Source: Candidatus Sericytochromatia bacterium (GTDB lineage: Bacteria; Cyanobacteriota; Sericytochromatia; S15B-MN24; UBA4093). From it: 32,895 bases of DNA. Below the pieces are notes generated by a model, which was given only the letters and a program-made list of their open reading frames with translations, was not told the DNA's origin and made no database searches. A program made the translations under genes and the position numbers. This document shows, piece after piece, positions 9,325 through 17,660 of the stretch (position 1 is its first letter; each line of letters opens with the position of its first letter). Location of the stretch: positions 1 through 32,895 of the forward strand of contig JAKFCT010000077.1 of NCBI GenBank assembly GCA_036676495.1. Reading direction: 5' to 3'.

Positions 9325-10170
9325 ATGGCACGGAAATCCTGGGGTCTGAGCAGCCTGCTGGTCCTGTCCCTCTTGGGCTGCGGTAGCCCGCTCGGCCTGA
9401 GCCCCGCGCCCCGCGCGACGCTGAGCGCCCACGACGCCCGCCTCCCGATCCAGGTCCTCAAACCCGACGCGATCCCCGCGGACCTCCGTCAGGCCGTGCA
9501 TGGCGTCGTCCAGCAGGCCTCGGACGCCGCCAGCCGCAAGAAAGACCTCGACTTCTTCCACGTCCACGCCAACCCCGTCGGCCTCCGCCTCGGCACCGGC
9601 CCTCAAGCCGCCTATGTCCTCTCCTTCCTGGGAACCTCGACCCAACGAAACGACCTGAACTACGAGGCCAGAGCCCTGGTCGCCGGCGGAAAGGTCGGCC
9701 TCACCAGCAACTACTCGGGACCGGGAACCCGCATGGCCGCCGCCGCCCCCATGGTGCCGCGGGGGGAGGCCCTCGACGGCGACTTCCGCTTCGAACTGCT
9801 CATGGGCCTGCCCGGAAACGGCGTCACCGAGACCTACGAGCGCCACATGGAGCGGCTGGCACTCCACCTCACCCGGCGCTTCCAGGCCCGCCCGTTCCAG
9901 TTCGACGAAGACTGCCTCGTCTTCGCCCTGCACCAGGGCGACGCCCTCGCAGGCTTCCTCTTCACGCATCAACGCAACCGCCTGGTCCTCGGCGAGCGCA
10001 AGGACGCCGACGTCCAGTCGGTCGTCCTCATGAGCCCCGAAGCCGAGCTCCTGGGCGGCTACACCCTCGTCGGCTTCAACGCGAAGACGCCTACCCCCAC
10101 GACACCCCCGGTCTACACCTGGGAATCCGAGCGCGGCCTGGGCCTCATCGGCATCTTCGGCGATCGCTAG
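9325..10170 (+). CDS. Hypothetical lipoprotein
   Basis: GGAGGAG RBS, lipobox LLGC, strong GC3 codon bias; no family recognised. Confidence 0.8.
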   Translation: MARKSWGLSSLLVLSLLGCGSPLGLSPAPRATLSAHDARLPIQVLKPDAIPADLRQAVHGVVQQASDAASRKKDLDFFHVHANPVGLRLGTGPQAAYVLSFLGTSTQRNDLNYEARALVAGGKVGLTSNYSGPGTRMAAAAPMVPRGEALDGDFRFELLMGLPGNGVTETYERHMERLALHLTRRFQARPFQFDEDCLVFALHQGDALAGFLFTHQRNRLVLGERKDADVQSVVLMSPEAELLGGYTLVGFNAKTPTPTTPPVYTWESERGLGLIGIFGDR

Positions 10171-10203
10171 AGCGAACCTCGTCATGGCGGACGAGGCCCG
10201 CCC

Positions 10204-10473
10204 CTAGCTGCCCCGCCAGCGATGCCAGATAAGCGCCCCAACGATCATGGCGAGACCCAAGCCCCCGAGCACCATGCCGATCTCCCCATCCCAGACGAAG
10301 AAGCCCAAGCCCACCAAACTCGCTCCCCCGAGGATGCTCATGCCTCGCCCCCAAACCTGATTCAGGGCCCGCACGAAGGCCGAAGGACGCTGCGTGAGCG
10401 TCGGCGGCCAGATCGTCATCGGCACCTCCGCGCGAAAAATCTCCTCGCGCTTCTTGCGCTTGCGTTTCGCCAT
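10204..10473 (-). CDS. Small hypothetical membrane protein (basic N-terminus, 2 TM helices)
   Basis: AGGAGG RBS; MAKRKRKKR followed by two Gly-rich hydrophobic segments. Confidence 0.7.
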   Translation of the reverse strand: MAKRKRKKREEIFRAEVPMTIWPPTLTQRPSAFVRALNQVWGRGMSILGGASLVGLGFFVWDGEIGMVLGGLGLAMIVGALIWHRWRGS

Positions 10474-10605
10474 GCTCGCCCTCCTTTTGGCTCCAGTCTG
10501 AGGCGGCTTTCAGGGCGAGACAAGCGGGAAACAGGGGTTGTCGCGGCCCCTGGGACCGGATGCCGACCCCGAAAGACCAGGAAGCAAGTCATGCCGCGAA
10601 GAGTC

Positions 10606-10614
10606 TGGTATGAT
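10606..10614 (+). promoter_or_regulatory. Putative extended -10 promoter of hisC
   Basis: TGgTATGAT about 35 nt upstream of the start. Confidence 0.45.
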
Positions 10615-10648
10615 CGGGAAAACCCCGATCTGAAGCCAGGAGATGCGC

Positions 10649-11755
10649 GTGTCTAACTTCGTTTCAACTTCATCCCTCGTCCCGGAGTACATCGAGAAGC
10701 TGATCCCCTACAAGGCGGGCAAGCCCATCGAGGAGGTGAAGCGCGAACTCGGCTTGGAGCGGGTCTACAAGCTCGCCTCCAACGAGAACCCGCTGGGCCC
10801 CTCCCCCCGGGCCGTGGCTGCCATGCGCGACGCCATGGCGGACCTGCACCTCTACCCGGATTCCAGCGGCTACAAGCTGCGCACGGCCCTCGCCGAGCGC
10901 TACAAGGTCAAGATGGAGAACGTGGTCCTGGGCTCGGGCTCGGAGGGCATCATGGCCACCATCGTGAGGACCTTCCTGCACGGGGACGAGGAAGTGCTCA
11001 CCTCCGAAGGCACCTTCGTGGGCTTCATGGTGCTCGCGCGCGCGCAGGGAGTCCCCATCGTCACCGTCCCCCTCAAGGACTACGGCTTCGATCTCAAGGC
11101 CATGGCCAAGGCCATCACTCCCAAGACCAAGATCATCTACCTGGCCAACCCCAACAACCCGACCGGCACCATCTTCAACCGCAACGCCTTCGAGGTCTTC
11201 CTCGACCTCGTGCCTCCGCACGTGCTCATCATCCTGGACGAGGCCTACTTCGAGTTCGTGGGCGACCTCTACGACTACCCCGACTCCCAGCTCTACCGGG
11301 CCGACAACGTCATCACCCTGCGCACCTTCTCCAAGTCCTACGGCCTGGGCGGAATCCGCATCGGCTACGGCCTGGCCCACGAGAGCCTCATCCACCAGTT
11401 GATGAAGGTCAAGCTTCCCTTCGAGCCGAGCAGCCTGGCCCAGGCCGCGGGCCTCGCCGCCCTCGAGGACGAGGACTTCCTCGCGCAGACCCTGGAACTC
11501 AACCAGCGCGGCCTCCAGCGCTTCTACGAGGCCTTCGACGCCGCGGGCATCCCCTACGTGAAGTCCTACTGCAACTTCGTCATGCTGGATCTCGGCACCG
11601 AAGAAAAGGTCAACCGGATCACCGATGAGCTGCTCCACGAGGGGATCATCGTCCGCCCCCTGAAGGGCTTCGGCCTGCCCCACTGCCTGCGCGTCAGCGT
11701 CGGCCTCGACCACGAGAACGAGGCCTTCCTGGAGGCCTTCCTCAAGCGCGTGTAA
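10649..11755 (+). CDS. hisC: Histidinol-phosphate aminotransferase (class II PLP aminotransferase)
   Basis: PYKAGKP, KLASNENPLGPSP, YPD, NPNNPTG, DEAY, RTFSKSYGLGGIRIGY (PLP Lys), LRVSVG. GTG 10649 fits the AGGAG spacing better than ATG 10643. Confidence 0.93.
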   Translation: MSNFVSTSSLVPEYIEKLIPYKAGKPIEEVKRELGLERVYKLASNENPLGPSPRAVAAMRDAMADLHLYPDSSGYKLRTALAERYKVKMENVVLGSGSEGIMATIVRTFLHGDEEVLTSEGTFVGFMVLARAQGVPIVTVPLKDYGFDLKAMAKAITPKTKIIYLANPNNPTGTIFNRNAFEVFLDLVPPHVLIILDEAYFEFVGDLYDYPDSQLYRADNVITLRTFSKSYGLGGIRIGYGLAHESLIHQLMKVKLPFEPSSLAQAAGLAALEDEDFLAQTLELNQRGLQRFYEAFDAAGIPYVKSYCNFVMLDLGTEEKVNRITDELLHEGIIVRPLKGFGLPHCLRVSVGLDHENEAFLEAFLKRV

Positions 11756-11760
11756 GCGCC

Positions 11761-11803
11761 AAAAGAACGCGGGGGGACGGTGACCGTCCCCCCGCGTTCT
11801 TTT
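11761..11803. terminator. Bidirectional intrinsic terminator
   Basis: AAAAGAACGCGGGGGGACGG-TGA-CCGTCCCCCCGCGTTCTTTT, a perfect 20-bp inverted repeat between convergent genes. Confidence 0.9.
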
Positions 11804-11856
11804 GATTCCCCTCGGCCCTTGCCGATTTCCTGGAGCGACCTGCGTTGCGACAGGCG

Positions 11857-13128
11857 CTAGCGGCGGAAGACCTCGTCGTACCCGGCTTGCATCCGCTGAT
11901 GCTCCTGCTCCAGCCGCCGCGCCTTGTCCTGGGCCCGGTGATGCTCGCCTTGCAGGCGTCCTACCGTGGTCAGGGCCTCGCGAAGCGACTTAGGAGCCGT
12001 CAGTGGCTTGCCGGCGGCCTCGGCGAGCTGCTCGAACTTGCTCAGCAACTCGGCGGACGAGCCGAAGTAATTGAGCTTCAGGGCGTTCTCGGCCTTGGCC
12101 AGCTCGGCCTTGGCGGCGGCGACCGCGGGGCTCGCGGGCAACGCGTCGAGCTCGCGGATCGCCTGCTTGAAGTAGTCCGCGAACTGACCACCCACCTGGA
12201 CGACTGATTGCTGATAGCGCGCCTGCACGTCCGCCGCGGCGACCTTGGACTGGCTGAACTCGGCAGCCTTGGCCTGGATCTTGGCCCGCTGCTCGGCGGC
12301 ATTTGATAGGGTATCGACCTTGGACTGCGCCTGGATCAGATCCCCGCGCAGACTATAGAGAGAGGGCTTGACCTTCGAGGTCGCATGCCCCGCCCCGTCG
12401 ATCAGGGCGTTGAGCTTCGCGAGCACGTTCTGCGAGCCGGGCACGGGCTTGCCCCAGTGAAGCTGGTTGCGGCTCTGCCCGAGCTCGTTCAAGGGATTCA
12501 CGGGCGGATTGAGGATCGTTCGCGCGTCCGACATATCCCGGCGATACGCCTCGACGTCCGGAGGATTCTTGGAGAGGGCCTGCTCGGCGGCTGCCAGCTC
12601 GTTCATGAAGCGATCCTGACGGCCGACCTTGAGGCCGTCCACCGCCCCGCCCTGAGCGAAGGCCAGCGTGCTCGCGAGCTGCCGGATGGCTTGAATCTCC
12701 TTGAGGGCGGCCGCGCGCATGGCATCGAGCGCCTGGGCGGCACCCTCGAGACCCCGCGTGGCCTCGGCCATGACCGCGTCCACGGTCCACTGCGTGTTGG
12801 AAGTCGGAACCAAATCATTGCTCCACTGAGCGGATCCCGTCCCAGCGCTTCCCGAGTTGAAGGTCCAGTCCGAGGTCCACGAACCGCCCGCTCCCTTCGA
12901 GGCGCCCAGGGGTCCCGTCGAGGCCCACTGGCCCGTGGCGGCCGCCTGAAGGAGGCTCGCTCCGTTGAATGCGCCCGCGTCCCCCGCCGGCACGCTCGGC
13001 TTGGCCGGCGCCGTCGGTGCAGTCGGCGCAGCAGGCTCCGCGACCGGTTGCGGGGCCTGGGAGGCGCCGGGCGTCGCCCCCAGGCTCCAGAGGTTGGTCT
13101 TGGCGTTGCCGTTCACCGAATCACTCAT
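11857..13128 (-). CDS. Hypothetical protein, low-complexity N-terminus plus Ala-rich helical/coiled-coil body
   Basis: Long ORF; GAGGA RBS before ATG 13128; Pro/Ala/Thr-rich N-terminus. Confidence 0.75.
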   Translation of the reverse strand: MSDSVNGNAKTNLWSLGATPGASQAPQPVAEPAAPTAPTAPAKPSVPAGDAGAFNGASLLQAAATGQWASTGPLGASKGAGGSWTSDWTFNSGSAGTGSAQWSNDLVPTSNTQWTVDAVMAEATRGLEGAAQALDAMRAAALKEIQAIRQLASTLAFAQGGAVDGLKVGRQDRFMNELAAAEQALSKNPPDVEAYRRDMSDARTILNPPVNPLNELGQSRNQLHWGKPVPGSQNVLAKLNALIDGAGHATSKVKPSLYSLRGDLIQAQSKVDTLSNAAEQRAKIQAKAAEFSQSKVAAADVQARYQQSVVQVGGQFADYFKQAIRELDALPASPAVAAAKAELAKAENALKLNYFGSSAELLSKFEQLAEAAGKPLTAPKSLREALTTVGRLQGEHHRAQDKARRLEQEHQRMQAGYDEVFRR

Positions 13129-13240
13129 CGTCAGATCCTCTCGCCTCACGTCTGCTAAGTAGACTTATGCCTCGAATCCCTCCCTGGCGACACGATTTAA
13201 CGAACCCTTGGCAAAGAATTGACCGGCGCCAAACGCCCGT

Positions 13241-13271
13241 CAAACAAAACGGCGGGGAATTCTCCCCGCCG
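13241..13271 (-). terminator. Intrinsic terminator after the secreted hydrolase
   Basis: CGGCGGGGA-ATTC-TCCCCGCCG stem followed on the minus strand by TTTTGTTTG. Confidence 0.7.
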
Positions 13272-13304
13272 CAGACCTTGCTTTTGTCCCGTGGGACGAC
13301 AGAC

Positions 13305-14777
13305 CTAGCGGAAGGCCTTCCGCTCGAGCCAGTCCCCCATGGTCTTCAGGGCGATCGGGGCGAAGGTCTCGTCGATCGTCGCGTACTCGTCCACCATGCC
13401 CGTCTGGCTGGTCTGGAACAGGTGGTTGAGCTTGGGCAGGGACTGGGCCGTCACGTCCCGGTTCCCGGCCTCCGACAGGGCCTTCGAGATGCCCCGCAAG
13501 TTCTCCCGATGAGGTACCTGGACGTCGTTCTCGCCGTTCAGGGCAAGCACGGGACAGGTCACCTTGCGCAGGTAGGGCACGGAATCCGCGGTCAGGAAGT
13601 AGCGATACCACGGGCTGAGCATCGCCTCGACCTGCATCTCGAATTGCTGGCGCATGGCCGCGGCCGCCTCCGGATTGTCCTTGGGCAGCTGGGTCTCCAG
13701 TAGGGCCCGGAGCTTCGGAGCCGCCTGCTCGCGAGACAAAGGGCTCGTACAGATGGCCAGCGCCTCGCGCTGCAGCTTGCGGAGCTCCTCGAGCTGGGCC
13801 TCGTTGCGTCCCAACTTGCGGTTGATGACGTCGCTCTGAAGCTTGATGATCGCGTCTCCCGACATCCCTTGGCCCGCGAGCAAGACCATGAACGCCACGT
13901 CGGGGTTGCCGGCGGCAGCCATCGGAGCGATCAGGGCCCCCTCGCTATGGCCGACCAGGCCGATGCGTTTGGCATCGATGTCCTTCCGGGCCTTCAGGAA
14001 GTTCAACCCCGCCTTCACGTCGAGCGAGAAGTCGGCCGAGGTCGCCTCGGTCACCGAGCCCGAGGAGCCGCCCACTCCGCGATCGTCCACCCGCAGCACC
14101 GCGAAGCCGCGGCGGGTCAGGTCATCCGCAATGACCTTGAAGGGACGATGGCCCATCAGCTCGGAGTCGCGGTTCTGCGCTCCGGAGCCCGTGATCAAGA
14201 GGACCGCGGGGTGAGGCCCCGGACGGCGCGGCAAGGTGAGCGTTCCGGCGAGGGTGATGTTGCCCTTCGGGTTGACGTAGCGGACCTCTTCCTCGGCGTA
14301 AGGGAAGGGAGCAACCGGATCCTGGGGACGCCGAGCGGGGGCGGCCACCGAGGCCGAGGCCTGGCGCGCCATGGTCAGGTCGAGGTTGGCCATCCCTTGC
14401 TTCCAGCGGCCGGCCAGCACCTTGCCGTCCGCGCTCAGCGTGGCCTCGAAGGTGGCCCGGATATTGGAGGCCTCGGCGACGAGGCGCGTGCCGTCGACGG
14501 TAACGCGGCTGAAGGGAAGGGGCTGCGGCGTCTGGCCCGCCACGAAGAGGGTTCCGCTCCAGGCGCCGTCCGCCGCCTGCGAGAAGGTGAACTCCATGCC
14601 CAGGCTCTGGCCAGGGACTTTCAGTTCCCCTTTCCAGGTCCCCTGGGCCGAAGTGGCCTGGGCGGCGGCAGGGGCGGCCTGCGCCAGGGCGGGCATGCCG
14701 ACGGGAGCGAGGCTGAGGGCCAGAAGGGCGGCCATGAGGATCCGGGAAGAGGTCGACTTGAACGAGGCTTGACGCAT
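13305..14777 (-). CDS. Secreted alpha/beta hydrolase (S9/S15-like peptidase or esterase) with an N-terminal beta domain
   Basis: Signal peptide (ALA/Q), RRPQDP..PFPY, LAGTLTLP, GSGAQNRD, DDRGVGGS, GHSEG nucleophile, GENDVQV, LNHLFQ. Confidence 0.92.
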   Translation of the reverse strand: MRQASFKSTSSRILMAALLALSLAPVGMPALAQAAPAAAQATSAQGTWKGELKVPGQSLGMEFTFSQAADGAWSGTLFVAGQTPQPLPFSRVTVDGTRLVAEASNIRATFEATLSADGKVLAGRWKQGMANLDLTMARQASASVAAPARRPQDPVAPFPYAEEEVRYVNPKGNITLAGTLTLPRRPGPHPAVLLITGSGAQNRDSELMGHRPFKVIADDLTRRGFAVLRVDDRGVGGSSGSVTEATSADFSLDVKAGLNFLKARKDIDAKRIGLVGHSEGALIAPMAAAGNPDVAFMVLLAGQGMSGDAIIKLQSDVINRKLGRNEAQLEELRKLQREALAICTSPLSREQAAPKLRALLETQLPKDNPEAAAAMRQQFEMQVEAMLSPWYRYFLTADSVPYLRKVTCPVLALNGENDVQVPHRENLRGISKALSEAGNRDVTAQSLPKLNHLFQTSQTGMVDEYATIDETFAPIALKTMGDWLERKAFR

Positions 14778-14803
14778 GGGGTGAGTCTCCTTGGTCGGCG
14801 GGG

Positions 14804-15514
14804 TTAGGCGAGGAAGAGGAAGAATCCGAGTCCGAGGGCGAGGGCGCCGACGACCGCCACGAGGGCCTCCATCTGAAGGGCCGAGCGCTTGGCGAGGCGA
14901 ACGCTGAGCATGTTGACCGCGCTATGCACCGGAGCCGCAATCAGGACGGCCCAGGGGGCCACGGCGACGATCAGGGTCTTGCCGGTGTGGTAGGCCGTGG
15001 CGCTGATGCGCTCGAGAACTCCCCACCACGGACCGTTGTCCGTGTTCATCTGATGGGCGAGCATCTCGCGGGCCTCGATGACTTTGGGATCGTCGCTGCG
15101 CAGCATCGCGTTGGCGACGAGCGAGTTGACGATGGCAAAGACCGACTCGATGGCGCCCCAACCCAACCCGATGGCGAGCGCGGTCGGGAGATCGCGTCCC
15201 AGCCAGAGGACGGCGAGCACCCGGAGGCCTTCCTCCAGGGGACCGGACGAGGCGATGACCCACGGGGTCGCCTTCTCCGGGCTTCCCGTGAGCTGCTGGG
15301 CCACGATGGCGACGGGGCCGCGAAGCGTCAGCGCGACGAACCAGCCCAGGGCGCCGGCGCCCATCATCAGCCAGGAAGGCGTGTGGCCCATGGCCATGAA
15401 CGCGACATAGAAGAGGACCGGAACCAGGACGTAGAAGGGCGAGGAGAGAATGAGCTGCTGGCGCGTGCGATCCAGCCATTCGAGGGTGAGGGCGGCGGGC
15501 TTGGTCGTGGTCAT
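14804..15514 (-). CDS. YhfC/PrsW-like intramembrane glutamic protease
   Basis: Multi-TM protein with motifs LEEGLR, GLGWGAIE, ERISATAYH and PVHSAVN. Confidence 0.8.
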   Translation of the reverse strand: MTTTKPAALTLEWLDRTRQQLILSSPFYVLVPVLFYVAFMAMGHTPSWLMMGAGALGWFVALTLRGPVAIVAQQLTGSPEKATPWVIASSGPLEEGLRVLAVLWLGRDLPTALAIGLGWGAIESVFAIVNSLVANAMLRSDDPKVIEAREMLAHQMNTDNGPWWGVLERISATAYHTGKTLIVAVAPWAVLIAAPVHSAVNMLSVRLAKRSALQMEALVAVVGALALGLGFFLFLA

Positions 15515-15517
15515 GGT

Positions 15518-16102
15518 CTAGGCCTCCGGGGTCGTGCTGGGCGAGTGGACGGGAATGAGGACGGTCGAGAAGTGTCGGAGTCTGCGTTCGGGGCTGGCGG
15601 GCATTCCAACGTAGGGCCGCACGGCCTCCTGCAAGGCGGTGAGCATCTGGAGGAACTCCGCGTCGCTGAGGTTGAGGGGGACGGTTCGGTAGCCCACCCC
15701 ATCGGCCACGGGATCGAGGGTCTCGCGCTGGAGGTAGCGGCCGTAGTCTCCCATCAAGGTGGCGAGGAAGGATGCGAAGTAGCGCATATGGTCTTCCCGG
15801 CTGGCCTTGGCGAACTCCTCGGGCCCGAGGACGGCGGCGTTTCCCTTCAGGGCGTAGGTCTTTTCCTGAGTGCCGCGGACCTGGCGCTGAGAAACCACCT
15901 CCAGGATGCCTCCCTGCAAGAGTTTGGAAAGGTGACGGTAAAGGGTCGCCGGTGGGACATCCGGAAGCGCCTCGGCGAGCTGCTGGGCGGTGTAGGGTTT
16001 GCCCGACCCGAGCAACTGGATCACCCGCATGCGCACCGGGTGAAGAATCAGGTCCGCGGCGGACTCCGTGCTGGGTTTCGGGGTGGACGGTGGCTTGGCC
16101 AT
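15518..16102 (-). CDS. ArsR-like (HTH_20) winged-helix transcriptional regulator
   Basis: LILHPVRMRVIQLL...VPPATLYRHLSKLLQGGILEVV...RGTQEKTY; CAGGAGG RBS before ATG 16102. Confidence 0.88.
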   Translation of the reverse strand: MAKPPSTPKPSTESAADLILHPVRMRVIQLLGSGKPYTAQQLAEALPDVPPATLYRHLSKLLQGGILEVVSQRQVRGTQEKTYALKGNAAVLGPEEFAKASREDHMRYFASFLATLMGDYGRYLQRETLDPVADGVGYRTVPLNLSDAEFLQMLTALQEAVRPYVGMPASPERRLRHFSTVLIPVHSPSTTPEA

Positions 16103-16117
16103 CACTGCCTCCTGAAC

Positions 16118-16169
16118 GACTGTTATCACTTTCGATAATAATACTATTCTCAAAAATGATAACAGTCAA
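16118..16169 (-). promoter_or_regulatory. Sigma70 promoter overlapped by a double palindromic operator
   Basis: Minus strand TTGACT-N17-TAGTAT (16169-16141). Inverted 23-nt arms at 16118-16140 and 16145-16167 match 20/23, each containing a TTATC-N6-GATAA-like dyad. Confidence 0.8.
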
Positions 16170-16222
16170 CCCTTTTTTGGGGATTCGCTCATGGGCCCGC
16201 TCCTGTGGGGCTGAAGGCCGGC

Positions 16223-16269
16223 AAAGACGCGGAGGGGGACGCCGTTTGGCGTCCCCCTCCGCGTCTTTT
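16223..16269. terminator. Strong hairpin terminator downstream of the lipoprotein hydrolase
   Basis: AAAGACGCGGAGGGGGACGCC-GTTT-GGCGTCCCCCTCCGCGTCTTT, a perfect 21-bp stem. Confidence 0.85.
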
Positions 16270-16270
16270 G

Positions 16271-17323
16271 TTACTCGAGGCTCCAGCGCTCCTTGAGGCT
16301 CCGCATCAAGGTGACGAAGCGCTCGGGCTCCTCGTAGCACGGGCTGTGGGCGGACTTCTCGAAGATCACATGCTCCTTTTGCGGGGCCTCGAGCTCGGAG
16401 GCATAGCGCTCGATCTGCGAGAGGGGCGTGTTGAAGTCATGGCGCCCCGAGACGAACAATACCGGAAGGTCGAGCTTGGGCGCGGTTCGCGGGAGGTCGA
16501 CCGTCATCGCTTCCGCCCACAAGTGCTCCATCGAGAACATCAAGGCGTTCATGAAGTTGAACTTCTCGGCCCAGGTGTACTCGCTCGACAGGAACAAGGG
16601 AAACAGGAAGAGGTTCATGTTGTCCTGGCCGTAGGTGAGGCCGCCCGACTTCGGGAGCCAGGTCTTGAGCACCTCGATCTTCTTCACTGCGTCCGCTCCG
16701 GTGTAGGGGGGCGGGCCGATCCGCTCGAGATCGCGAACGGCATCCTGGCGGCCTGCCTGCTTCGCCCAGTCGAGCACCAAGTGGTACGAGAGGGTTTCGC
16801 GCTCCACGCTGTGGGTCCACTGCGAGACCCCGACGTAGCCGTCAAAGAGTTCGGGATAGCGCTGGGCCAGCGTGGTGCCGATGACGGTCCCCCAGGAGTG
16901 CCCCACCAGGAGAATCTTTTGCTTACCGAAGCGCTGGCGCAGCTTCAGGACCAGTTCATGCCCGTCGGAGACCATGTGCGCGAGCGTCAGTCGCTCGGCG
17001 GGGATGCGATCCGAGAAGGACTTGCCGCCGCCCAGTTGATCCCAGCTGACCACCACGAAGTCCTTCTCGAGGGCCCCGAGGTAGTGCTTGACCAGCGCGG
17101 TTTCGGGGGCCCCCGGCCCGCCGTGAAGGAAGAGCAGGACCGGGTTTGCGGCGTTCTCGCCGCGAATCAAGACCCACTGCTTCTGCCCTCCCAGGGTCAT
17201 CGGCTCGAGCGAGGCGATGCTCGTCTCGACGGGGCCGCCGTGGGCATTGCGGAAGGGGGCGGTGGACGCGCATCCCGCCAGGCTCAAGAGCAAGGCCAGG
17301 GCCGTCGCGACGCGGCGAATCAT
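16271..17323 (-). CDS. Alpha/beta hydrolase lipoprotein (prolyl aminopeptidase S33-like)
   Basis: Lipobox LAGC, FLHGGPG, WDQLGGGKS, GHSWG nucleophile, GRHD, SAHSP. ATG 17323 has a GGAGGA RBS and an ATGA overlap with the upstream gene. Confidence 0.9.
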   Translation of the reverse strand: MIRRVATALALLLSLAGCASTAPFRNAHGGPVETSIASLEPMTLGGQKQWVLIRGENAANPVLLFLHGGPGAPETALVKHYLGALEKDFVVVSWDQLGGGKSFSDRIPAERLTLAHMVSDGHELVLKLRQRFGKQKILLVGHSWGTVIGTTLAQRYPELFDGYVGVSQWTHSVERETLSYHLVLDWAKQAGRQDAVRDLERIGPPPYTGADAVKKIEVLKTWLPKSGGLTYGQDNMNLFLFPLFLSSEYTWAEKFNFMNALMFSMEHLWAEAMTVDLPRTAPKLDLPVLFVSGRHDFNTPLSQIERYASELEAPQKEHVIFEKSAHSPCYEEPERFVTLMRSLKERWSLE

Positions 17324-17556
17324 GAGTTCCTCCAATCGGTGGACCGCTCGACCTCCTCGCGCCGGACGGCCACCAGGACGAGTCCGAGGTCGCGAATCCG
17401 GGCCAAGATCCCGTGAAGTGCGGCCTGATCGGCAAGGTAGCCGGCCAGCATCGTCTGGCCGTGGTCGGGGGTGAGACTCAGCCCATCGAAGTGGCGGGAC
17501 CAGGAGGCATCCAGCTCGGATGCGACGTGAATGCGGTAAAAGGCGCTCGGCTCCAT
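17320..17556 (-). CDS. Small hypothetical protein (78 aa), a type I recall downstream of MalT-like regulators
   Basis: GGAGGA RBS; Y.I.V...LD..WS..FDGL...T.L.G...DQAALHGILARIRDLGL.L..V. Confidence 0.8.
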   Translation of the reverse strand: MEPSAFYRIHVASELDASWSRHFDGLSLTPDHGQTMLAGYLADQAALHGILARIRDLGLVLVAVRREEVERSTDWRNS

Positions 17557-17588
17557 GGCGTCCTCCGGGGCTGAGGAACAACAAGCCC

Positions 17589-17660
17589 AGCGTAGGGCAA
17601 CCCCGGCGGGGACACATCCCTCCAAGGGTGTAGCGCCCGGTGGTTTTGATTTACACCCTT
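17589..17660 (-). promoter_or_regulatory. Putative LuxR/MalT-activated promoter of the 78-aa gene
   Basis: Minus-strand -10 TACGCT (17594-17589); dyad ACATCCCTCCAAGGGTGTA (17614-17632) near the -35 position; second half-site TACACCCTT at 17652-17660. Confidence 0.55.

Noticed and set aside
17324-17617. N-terminal extension of the hydrolase ORF to 448 aa
   Set aside because: The lipoprotein signal and RBS start at 17323, and the extension overlaps the 78-aa gene in another frame.
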